Of a stretch of DNA of 64,000 nt, positions 28,101-38,400 are shown in pieces. The position numbers were made by a program, and so were the translations under genes. Under the pieces are notes generated by a model. The model had not been told where the DNA came from. It saw only the letters and a program-made list of their open reading frames with translations, and made no database searches. Every line of letters begins with the position of its first letter. Positions within the stretch are counted from its first letter, which is position 1. Source of the DNA: Antedon mediterranea. Lineage: Eukaryota; Animalia; Echinodermata. Location: the NCBI RefSeq assembly GCF_964355755.1, contig NC_092675.1:24400912-24464911 (forward strand). Reading direction: 5' to 3'.

Positions 28101-31100
28101 TAGCCCCTACTTTTAGATTATAAACACATAACAATAATTATAATAATTTATTACTGACAGTTGCTTCTCATCTTTTGTATAAATTAATAATTACAAAAAA
28201 ATATAAACGTCGTAGTGGTGTATCGTTACACGTACTTTACTATTTCAATCGACTATGACAGTGACAATTTTAACATAGTTATTAAATCGGAAATGTTTTA
28301 CTCTATTTAGTGGTATATTATTTATAAGCCTATAAAAAAATATGTCGTTACTTATAAAAATAAATATAAATAATAAAGAAATATAAAGAATAATTTATTA
28401 TAAAGAATATATTAAAAAAGTGTTCCTCTTTGTATCCCTCATCCCTAACCCTCAACAATAATGTTAGATAGAAAACAAAAATTGGGTTTGTTAAATAAAT
28501 CCAAATCAAACATTTGGACTCATTTTGTGACAAGTTTCTCTTTTGGAAGTAATTTCCAGGGTGCTAATTTTGGTTGACTACATAAATTATTGTGTCTATT
28601 TATTTGTTTATGTAAACGACAATGTTTTATAGTCATGCGTTACGTACATTTGAAATCGCCAGTTCTTTTACGCTGAAATTACTATGTAGGCCTATTCGAG
28701 AACCATCTGTGGACATGATCTAGTAATACATAATTGAAGCTAAAGTAATTTTGGTAAATAATTATTTCTAGATTGTACATGAATTGGATAAAGTATAATA
28801 TACGGAAATCAGCAAGCCATGACGTTTACTTTCATTATTCATGGTAGTTGTAATATTGTGATAAGTGGTGTCACTTTAATGGGCCATCATTAGTAAAACT
28901 ACCTTATGTAAGTCAGGATTCAGAACCTTTTTTCTGCGAAACCAACATACATAACCATACATGTATAGCGTTCTGATTTTTTTACTGATAATGATACTCG
29001 TCGTGAAGGTAGCGATAAATCATCGCTTGTTTGGGTTGTTCCATACCTTTTCTGGCATTCTACAATTTGTTTCTTGGCTCGTTTTACTTCAAAATCCGAG
29101 TCGATGGCAATTTGCGTTATTTTTAGTTCATATATTTCGGCCTTAACTATGGATAAGTTATAGGCCTATGCTCTGTTTCTATAACTTGGTTCACGTAAAG
29201 ATTTTATTTGTTCTTCTTTGTTTATTATACATCTTGTCCATGATTTTAGTTTTGAGTCGGGTGGGGGGGGGGGGAGTGGTAGTTTAATTAAATTTAAATT
29301 AATTAAGATTTCAGAGATTTAATTTCCGTTCTGAGATTTATATTTTCAGTTCCAATAGAGAGTTTCAGATTTTTTAATTATCGCAAATTTTCAACACCAC
29401 TCACGTTAGACAGAACGCTTACAGTTTAAAAGTAGCGATTGTGAACAAAACAACGATTACGTAACATGAACAAAAGGCACGAGTGGAGAAAGCACTGAAC
29501 TCAGTAGACCGTGAAGAATGTTAGAAATCTCTCAGTGAAAAAAAAACCAATATATTTGTTAGCCCAGAAAATAAACGCTAATTACAGGGCAAAGGTACAG
29601 TCAGAGTCGGTACAGTTCGTTATAGTGGTGGTCTATTTTAAGTGACTTAGCTTAGAAAAACAAAGGTTGTTTCTACTCTCCAGTATTTGAAAATCATGCC
29701 TTTATTTCCCCATCAAGCTAAGATAAAGTTATTCCTGAATTTACCTGTGCAGTTGTGGTTACCTAATTGATAGATTTGAGCACAAAATTGAGATATCAGT
29801 TCAAATGTACAGTGTACTTGTGTTAGACTGCCTTCGGTATTAACGGCATCAAGGGGGAAGACAGGATGTACCATGACAAGCTAACTTTGGTTAGGTAGGC
29901 CTAAGTAAAATAATTGTAATTAATAAATGAAACATTTGCTTACCGGTTAACTTCTCGTAATAAAAGGATTGGACGACATCACCTTGTTTTGCTGAACCAG
30001 GTAGTATAGGAACAGAAACAATAATTGATTCATTTAAATTAACCTCCTGACCAGTGTTTTTGTCTATCAACGTCAGATCAAAACGGGTTATCGGCTGAAT
30101 GAGTTTACCTGTAGAGAAATTGTACAGTTAGATAAAACATACAAATCAAATAGATGACAGCGTATGTTTTTAGGGCAATATAAAATAAAAAAGATGACAG
30201 TTTTTATATTTCGTTACAAAGTCTTCATTTTGTCCTCTTTCGAGTTCCCCGTGTTGTCCTGTTTTTTTTTATATTTCAATGTTATGGGCTGCCTCTCACG
30301 AGCTTTGCTTTTCTCATTTACAGCTGAGTGCACTGGGAGTTGTCGGGAATTGAACCCGGGTCTGTGTGGTAGGGTGGCCAGTTCCTTTCCACGCCGCCTT
30401 TTTCTCCCTAGTATTTTCAACTAGGTACTCATTTACAGCTGAGTGGACTGGGAGTTGTCGGGAATTGAACCCGGGTCTATCTGTATGACAGTCAAGTGTC
30501 CTAACCACTCGGCTATCCAACTCCAACTCTTTAAATAATAAAATACAAATACAAACAAAATAACATTACAATATACTAATAGTGACGGATACAAACACTA
30601 ATAAATAATAAATTCTCTTATATTATGAGGAAATAGCAAAACAGAGTGATACATGTTATGATTACAATATCTATATGAAGAAATAGTAAAACGAACATAT
30701 TATTACAAGTGATACAGGACAGTATTATATGGACAAATAGTTAACTATTTAATTATTATAATTTATTATTATTAAATTATTCTCTCCATTCAATCACACA
30801 AGCCCACAAGAGAACCACGTTTTATCACGGTATCTAAATATTCCCACAAAAACAAGTTAGTAAGCTTTCTTCGAGAGTTATATAAATCATATATTATGTA
30901 TATAATTATATAATTTTTACAATATATTGTAATAATATGTATTTCAACAAAATGATTAACACAAGCTCTTACAGTTGTAGTTTGATTGTTAATGCCGATT
31001 AAAGAATTTCGTTTACGTGGGACTCAAACGCTATGCTCTGATTCTACTGTATTCCAAAGAAGAAGAAACTAAATATATTCAATGAAATCTAAAAGCGTAG

Positions 31101-32396
31101 CCAATGCCAAATCGAATCTATTATCCTTAAAGTTTAACAGTCAAGGTAAATCTAATGAATCTAATAGATTAGTCTACACCTACTTAAAAAAAAATAAAAA
31201 CCTTTCATTTTAGGTATACAATAGTTGTTTAAAGGTATTTAAACAGTTCGACTCACCTTTCGGATCAACAGACGTAGGTATGTTTAATAACTGGGTTTCA
31301 TCACCAATGTTAGTAAAACAAACTGAAATGTCCACTGTATCGTTACCAAGGTTATCTAAACTTCCTGAAAATGTAAGGTAGTTTATAATTTATTCAAGAT
31401 GAATTTTGCAAACTTTGTTATATATTTTGTTATATATTATAAATAACAAACTAAAACAAAACAGAACATATTTTCGAAATGTATGGTCCTACAAATAATA
31501 CAATAATGTTCAGTGCATTCATCTTCTGAAACCAATAACTTTCTTTTATGAATCATCATAACAAACTTTATGAACCTAATTAAAAATTAATCATGTGAGC
31601 ATGATAGTAATTATATATATAATAATATAGGCCTACATTAATTATATAATAATTTTTTTTAATCAAAGATTCATTAATTCTCTCATTTATCTTCTCATTT
31701 ATCTTTGAACGCAAGATGCTATTACTTTAACTAATATCGCTAATGATAATAAATATTACTGATTAATATACTGGGGCAAATTCATAATTATGTGGTATGG
31801 ACGCGAGATTAATATGGACCTCTAGTTGGCCAACAAATTACAGAACCAGTACAATGTCTGGAAGTATGTAAAGTGAAAATGTATTAACTGACCAGGATTG
31901 ATATGAAAATTTGCAGTAGGGGTGGAGCTGGGAGTACTTAGCCGTGTTTGGAGGGAGAGAGAAGAACATGTTTAACCAGGAAAAGATATCATTTGTGAGC
32001 GACACTTGAAAACTCTATATCACCTTTTTAAGTATGCAAACTTACCAGGTGTAAATAAAATTGACATTTGTCCTCCCGACGGCATATCAATTTCCACCGA
32101 CGTACTCAAAGTAGTATCTACTTTTATTGTTGAGACAATCGTTAGTGGTATCAGCTCAAATTCAAAGGTTGTGTACGATGAAGTATGTTCTGGAGTTTGC
32201 CAAATTTTACTTGCTTCCAAAAAACCATGTACGTCTATGGTTATTGTGCCACTTGAATTCCCTGGTAAAAGAAAAACGTTTTCCTGTCCATCGTAGATTA
32301 TAATCAGACCACCACTTGTATGTTGAACAACTGTTACAGACGGGTTGTTTAGGTCAGCCCAACGTATGTTCGTTGGCCTTAAATAGACATAAGAAT
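1..32396 (-). CDS. Giant multi-exon extracellular protein gene: FAM171/CILP-like N-terminal region, diverged beta-sandwich repeat, LDLa, then at least 54 tandem 108-aa Cys-rich exon repeats (first exon not found; 3' end outside window)
   Basis: Phase-compatible GT-AG exon chain read by hand: 32396-32046 (phase 1-1), 31364-31257 (1-1), 30108-29944 (1-1), 26545-26362 (1-2), 25784-25407 (2-2), then 54 phase 2-2 exons from 25122-24799 down to 469-146. No stop codon seen in the spliced frame; about 18.7 kb of CDS in the window. Confidence 0.85.
25407..25784 (-). CDS. Exon of giant gene: diverged repeat domain, LDL-receptor class A module (25484-25582), and start of the first repeat
   Basis: Acceptor tttttctccag| and donor |GTAAGT; 378 nt. 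Translates IVGHSYSYGYSNFTDASGKVVF...CNGFMCGSGECIGYDTLCNGKMDCSDGSDEFNC-TQSGCVRIMTCSDDKCL. The six Cys and DCSDGSDE match the LDLa signature. Confidence 0.9.
26362..26545 (-). CDS. Exon of giant gene (end of FAM171-like domain)
   Basis: tag|GT GCA TGG ... GTT GA|GTAAGT; 184 nt; GAWKPQDYGHIEVFSGELYWVASLPHLSLWQGGIVSDEQTCLNVSVCLDYDCTQPVPDHYVE. Confidence 0.85.
26912..27600 (+). mobile_element. Dispersed non-coding repeat, copy 1, with an internal duplication of about 100 bp
   Basis: Highly similar to about 36575-37140 (tatataaatttacgtaa.ggcaaaattcg ... gaatggaacat). The block starting gaatctcggtactgatttt occurs at about 27000 and again at about 27295. Confidence 0.75.
27650..28015 (-). mobile_element. 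3' fragment of a non-LTR retrotransposon (Rex1/CR1-group-like)
   Basis: Minus strand near 27920-28005 reads IRLRALNTKTKRFRCSFVPNAIHLYN, the TxRFxxSFxPxAIxLxN type of LINE ORF2 C-terminus, followed by an AT-rich tail. Confidence 0.55.
29944..30108 (-). CDS. Exon of giant gene (FAM171-like domain)
   Basis: tttctctacag| ... |GTAAGC; 165 nt; KLIQPITRFDLTLIDKNTGQEVNLNESIIVSVPILPGSAKQGDVVQSFYYEKLTG. Confidence 0.85.
30313..30525 (-). mobile_element. tRNA-derived SINE (Deu/Nin-domain-like) with partial internal duplication
   Basis: A box TAGCCGAGTGG, GTC in the anticodon-like loop, B box GGTTCAATTCC, then ccactcagctgtaaatgagtacctag and aaggcggcgtggaaaggaactggccaccctacc. The B box to ctgtaaatgag segment is repeated at about 30313-30365. 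Confidence 0.75.
31257..31364 (-). CDS. Exon of giant gene
   Basis: attttcag| ... |GTGAGT; 108 nt; SLDNLGNDTVDISVCFTNIGDETQLLNIPTSVDPK; phase 1-1 fits both neighbours. Confidence 0.8.
32046..32396 (-). CDS. Most 5' identified exon of giant gene
   Basis: attttgcag| ... |GTAAGT; 351 nt open; SYVYLRPTNIRWADLNNPSVTVV...TITIDVHGFLEASKIWQTPEHTSSYTTFEFELIP...ILFTP. Confidence 0.8.
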
Positions 32397-32399
32397 CTG

Positions 32400-32560
32400 C
32401 AAAATAATGTAAATTGTTTCAACAAAAATGACTACTTCCCAGAAAACTGTTGCAACAAAAGCGATTAATCTACTTACCAAAAATAACATAAATTGGTTCA
32501 ACAAAAGTGTCTACTTCCCAAAATAATATAAATTGGTTCAACAAAAGTAGCTATACTTCA
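32400..32560. repeat. Short imperfect tandem repeat of about 41 bp, three to four copies
   Basis: aaaataa(t/c)(g/a)taaattg(t/g)ttcaacaaaa...ctacttccca repeated next to the 32396 acceptor. Confidence 0.7.
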
Positions 32561-34835
32561 TATACCAAAAAAATGTTTATATATATTTACATACCGTTAG
32601 ATAATACCAATTTTCATAGATAGACTATTTTATTGAATCATTATCGACCAATGGACTGCAACGTATCTTATTTATTATATTTATTTATAACTGTGTAGGA
32701 CTTAATTAATTACAGTAACTAAATTTAGTAATTATTTTCATACTGATAGCATAAATACTATATATTTTTCTATAACCAATTATTTAATTGTCAGTTACAC
32801 TAATTGTTCTGTTTGTATTTTTCACTTTTTATGTCATGTTTGTTTTGTTGCTGTATTTATTATCTCGTCTTGAATTTTATACCCAGGTAACCACATATCA
32901 TGTATGTATTTATATGACGATGAATAAAGAATCTTGAAAGTTTTAAAAAGGGCGTTACATATTTCTTTATTCAAAATATTTATAATATTTTGTTGATTTG
33001 ATTGAGAAAACGTTTTACTTCTAAACCAGATCCTCAAAAAAAAAGAAACAACATCTTTATATTAACATTTAAATATGTTATATATTTATGTTAAATATTT
33101 ATGTACTAATATACTTTTTTTCTTGCTTGAATACATAATACTATTATTGCGAAACTGAATATTTGAATAAAGAGAATAAATCATTTTGAGCACTTATTTC
33201 TGTAATAACACACTTGGCAGCCATATTAGGCCCACAGCAAATGTATTCATCGTTTTGCCCTTTGTATTTAACAACAACGATATTCAAGTATTGGTATTAT
33301 GTTATACTGCAAAGAATTGAAGAGACAGAAAAGATTTAGGTTAGGGCCTAGAGAAATAGGTGCCGCGACTATGGTCCAACAAAAGGCTGTACAACGTCAA
33401 CTGTTTAGTCTGATAAATTGTATAGAGGTAATATTGACAGTGTGGAAACAAAGTGTACAGCGATAGTGCAATGTTGTCAAAGTACATCCAGTGTCATTTT
33501 AAATAATTCAGAAAACTGGGATGATAAAAAAAAAAGATATTTTAATTGATGTACTTTAAAAAGGTATATTTTTCTAACACCATGATCACGTAAAGATTCG
33601 AGTGAGACATTAAATTTAAAGTTTGTTAGCGTACAGTGTCTCTGGTGACACGTACTTCATGCATGGCACACTAGACACTGTTGTCTGTTTTGTATAGACA
33701 GACATTAATAGCAATTAATTGTAATATTCCTATTTTATATTAATTTATTTTACTTTCGCATCTATAAACCTTTTCTCACTATTCATAGCAAAATCGTTAT
33801 TAACCATTAAATTAGTTGATTCACTGTGCCTAACTAACTATAGTCAGTAGCCACTAACCTGTTTCCCTGGCATTTATAGAGGTGTGTGTTGAAACAAAGA
33901 GAAAAAATGACAAGATTAACCGCTTCATTTTTCTCGATAGACCGTAAGCACGTCTCAATCTTTAATAGGCCTACTTATCCATGATATGCGGCAAAATCAG
34001 TTATATTTCCTACAGTATGTTTCGATATGTGTTTGTAATATCAGAGCTAGTTAAATATTGGTTATTGAAAGGCAAATTGTATTGTATCCTTTATGAAGGT
34101 TCTGCTTAGCCAAGCATATACAACTGATCAGTACAATTCAATTTCAACAGAATGTGTGTGTATTGTATTGGTTAAAAGCAATTGGATAAGTGAATTGACG
34201 TTGATTTATCTGTATTTTGACTTTTATATCCCAATTTAGAAAGTCATGGTGAGATGGAATGGGAAAATAACTAGTGGACAAATGGATGGAACATTTTCTT
34301 ATTTTAACTTTTAAAGGGCACTATAGTATTTTATTTAGTGACATATATTTTAATTTTAATTTGAAAAATGTATTTTTTATGCCCGTTTTTATGTCATTTA
34401 TTTACTTTTTGTTAATTAAAATCAATCAAACTACCACTTCTATTCAGTCTACATTTTCAGATTATTGTTTTCTAACAATATATAAACACGAATGCTTATG
34501 AGTGTAATGTGGCAAATAATTTCAGGTGAAAAACAAAAATATGAAATGTCATCTTTACACTGAATGAACTTATATGCCTCACATGCACGAATGTAAAACA
34601 TAAAACGCTTTAGGAGTGCTTCATAAAATGTATTTAATTGAAAACCATGTGGCCCACAATTGTCCCATCAAATGACAAGAATCTAGGCTACGTGTGGGTT
34701 ATAAAAAATATAGGTCTATGCCTATGTATAAATGTTATACTATTCGCCATCTTCTCCCTCTCACGCGCGCCAGAGCGTAAAATATCGAAAGTTTGCCAAC
34801 TTCAATAATATTACACGCATGGCGTTCCATACCCC

Positions 34836-34848
34836 GGTGCCTGGAAAC
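34836..34848. promoter_or_regulatory. Weak candidate RFX X-box upstream of CCDC178
   Basis: GGTGCCTGGAAAC in a locally CpG-rich patch (about 34740-34915) about 600 bp before the proposed ATG. Confidence 0.3.
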
Positions 34849-35455
34849 GGGAAAACAATAATAACTTGCATACAAAGGGTTTTCCCCGTAGTAGGCCGTG
34901 CCGCGACGGTCTCTTCTTGTTGGGCAAATATTTATAAATATGTTGTGGGTCAATGGCAGCTCAAGGAAGGCCAAGGCATTTTTGGTAGGCAAATGTAATT
35001 GAAATAATTAGCATAGTTAGCAGCAGTAGCTAGGGCTAGGTTGTGCCGAATAGGCCTATATACCTAGTACCTAGGCCTAGCCTATTATTAGGCCTAGTTA
35101 GGCCTAGCCTACTAGACAGGGGCGCGGTGGCTTGCCGTTGGGCTAGTGGCTAGCTATCCTAGCCTATAGAGGCCTGGTGGCCTAGCTAGACAGGCTATAC
35201 TACGCATAGGCTCAATTATGGGACTACTACTACTATATAGTATAGACATAGGCCTAGCCTAGGCTAGGCCTACTTAATTTGAGTAATTTTACCATAATTT
35301 TTTATTCTGTCAATTATAGATTATGTTCTTTTCTGCATGATCAACATTCATCTTGATTGAGCATTCCATCTTTTTGCAATATGGAAAACAGCTATTAATA
35401 TTATTGCGACTCTAAAACAATCTATGCATCAGTAAATGAGAATCCAGCACTACCT

Positions 35456-38400
35456 ATGGATACAGAGGTTTTCATTACAGAGCCAGGTGGTGTAGTGTCA
35501 TACACAAGAAGTTCAAGATCCTCTACCAACAGTAATAACAATTAATATATAAGACAAGGGCGTATCACTTGTTTTTGTATTGTGAATTGGATCCACAATA
35601 CTGATTTAAATAATATTATTTATTTTATTTTGTTGGTATTTTACATGATAAAATCCCTAGGGTTAATGGTGGGATGTCATATCAACCAGAACATTTTACA
35701 CTTCACCAGGAGGAGAAAATATGTGACTGGTCCCTGCTTTATTAACTGCATGTTAATCAATCGTAATGCTTTTTCATGAGAATCATGCTGCCTACCACAG
35801 CTGTCAATGGGAGATGCTTTTGTGTCTTGACACAAAGGCCGATATTGACATATATTACAAAATACTATCTTAACAGTTTAATAAATTTGGCTATACAATA
35901 CCACTGTCATACGTTAGAATGTATACTGATTTAAAAATCCTTGACTATAAATATATTTATTAGGATAGTTAAACGTTTCAATTTTGTACTATGCTATTAG
36001 GTGAAGGAGATCAGGAACCTGGTGAACTTCTAGAAACCAAACCAAAAGGTATGAATATGAGACATTACAGATACGTCAATTTACAAACAGTCAAAAAATT
36101 TCCAATAAATAAATTCACAGGAAAAATTTAGACTTTTCTCTCCATGAAAATAAATGTATGCTTGCCCTTGCCCTAACTAATACCGAGAAAGACTTATTTT
36201 TTATTCATAATAAATACTATTCATAATGTAGTGGGTTAAACTTTTTTTTTCAAGCTTATCAGATTCCAGAAGGATGGCCAAAGCTTCATGAAGTTATATT
36301 TAAAAAACGGGCACTTTACTTCCAAAAGCCTGCCTCAAATAGCGTCAACAGAGTTGCAGAGAATCTTCAGAAACTGCAGGACCGTCTTGAAGAATGGAGT
36401 AAAGATGTTGAGTTGGAAATTCTATCTAGTTGTGGATCTAATCTTTCAGCTTCCAAACTGGCCAAACTCGTTACCTCAAGAAAATCATCAGAAGATAAAG
36501 GTGAATTGACAATAATAATAATAGTTTGTAAAAATCATGAACAACATGAGAGACAGTGAGCATTCCCATGTTATCTATATATAAATTTACGTAAGGGCAA
36601 AATTCGATAAATCTCGGTTTATTTCTAGAATTTTTACTCGATGGTATATAAAGTTGGTTCATACTTTCGGTACTCATTTTAACCATCTGATGTAACCCTG
36701 TTTACTAATTAAATTGAGTTAGGTAATTAGTTATTAACGATTAAAACGAATTTAGGTTCAACGATTTGCCCCAAATAGGGGTGTTTTCCAATCGTGGTAT
36801 ACACTGTCTAATGGATGTCCATCTTGAAAAATACCCGCCACAAAAATGCGAGGAGGCTTCGCATTTTCCTATTTCCTCCTACGATAATTGTTTTTAATAG
36901 CTGAAAACTGGTTGAACAGCTAGAGTACAGCATCATAATGTTGAAGACAGGCCGATTTTCTTAAAAAAATACTATTTTGATAGATTTAATATACGATTAT
37001 ACAAATGTATTGATTTGCGATGAATGGAACATCCCAATCTCACAGTCTGCCAGAGTTTGGTTTAACACAAGTAGGTAAATTTATGAGCCCTTGGTTTAAC
37101 ACATACGGTAGGTAAAATATATGGGCCCTTTGAGAATAAACTTGCAATAATTTGACAATACTGTAAATACATATTAACTATTTTTGGTCCTCAATGCCTG
37201 GATGTCCATCTTGAAAAATCGAAGCGAGCGTACCATCTAGTAATAACAATTCATTGTATTCATTCCATTGCAACTGGTACCAAGATTGAATTTATTATTG
37301 AATTTGTTTTCAATTAATATTGTTTTTCTTTTTAGCATCAAGAAGGATTCGATTTGCAAGTCATTCAAGTCATTATGATTCCTCTTTGTTACCATTTAGT
37401 ATGAGTAAGCATAGCAGGCCAGAATTGGTGTCGACTTCGGATGATGGAATAAGTGAAGAATTGTCAATCCAAGGAATTGGAGCTGTCATACCAACTTCCA
37501 TTTCAGGTATAATCATTTCTTTTTTCATAATACAGAAAATCTTTGTTACCAGTGTGTAACAAAGGTTTTACAATAAAATTTAATTTAATCAAATGTATTA
37601 CTTGATTATTGTTTATTTATAGATATCATATTGTTTCGATATTATTAAATTAAAAATTATGCTCCATCTGTTGGATACAGTCCAGTTTTTCTTCGAATTT
37701 GTTGTTCACCTTTTAATTAACATCTATGGTTTAACAAATACAGAAACCAAAGCTGCTGAAAATATTGATGAAGAATCTGAAATACCAAACTTAGGAGCAG
37801 AACCAGTAATAGATGAAGTTGTAACATTGTTAGGACGACTCGAGTCTGACCGTGTTGATACTGAAAAGGCACTTTCAAAAGAAAAACAGAGGGTCGTCTG
37901 GCTTCAAGAAAGAATTGATAAGCTGGCCAATCAAAGGATGCAAGAACTGCCTAAAGCTGTTCAAAATGGTCTGTATTCATTGTATTATTAAAGAACTTAA
38001 TGTTTGGAATTATTGTTTGTTACTGTATTTCCAATTAAAATCAGTGTATCTTGTAGGCCCCAACTACATCTTATTTAATAAGAATGTAATAATCCTACTT
38101 GTACCTTGCTCTGTTTTGAATGTTCCATTTACAATGTTAAAAAGCAAAACAAAATTGTGTTTTATTTTCCATTCTAGAACATGAAGCTTGCTCAATGGAT
38201 ATCAGTGAATTAAAATGGCATTGTTCATATCGTAATCGACAAAAATCCCGCAAACAAAGCCATGTTGAGGTGGCGCAGACATTAAATTCACGTCTCAAGG
38301 AGGACATAAGCTTTGTCACAAAGCATTGGTTTGTATTTATTAGCAATATCAACAATTACTATACAACTAAATATATTTATCACATTAGAATTGATTTCAT

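Noticed and set aside
30450-30525. Functional tRNA-Asp gene
   Set aside because: It runs into SINE body sequence and lacks a proper acceptor stem.
32595-32667. Candidate upstream exon of the giant gene (GTATGT donor near 32589-32594)
   Set aside because: All three frames contain stop codons.
33150-33310. Strong minus-strand acceptor and short ATG ORF (MNTFAVGLIWLPSVLLQK) as a signal-peptide exon
   Set aside because: It ends in a stop with no convincing phase 1 donor; unresolved rather than supported.
34732-34998. Overlapping 85-88 aa ORFs on both strands
   Set aside because: They coincide with a GC-richer promoter-like patch and have no recognisable protein features.
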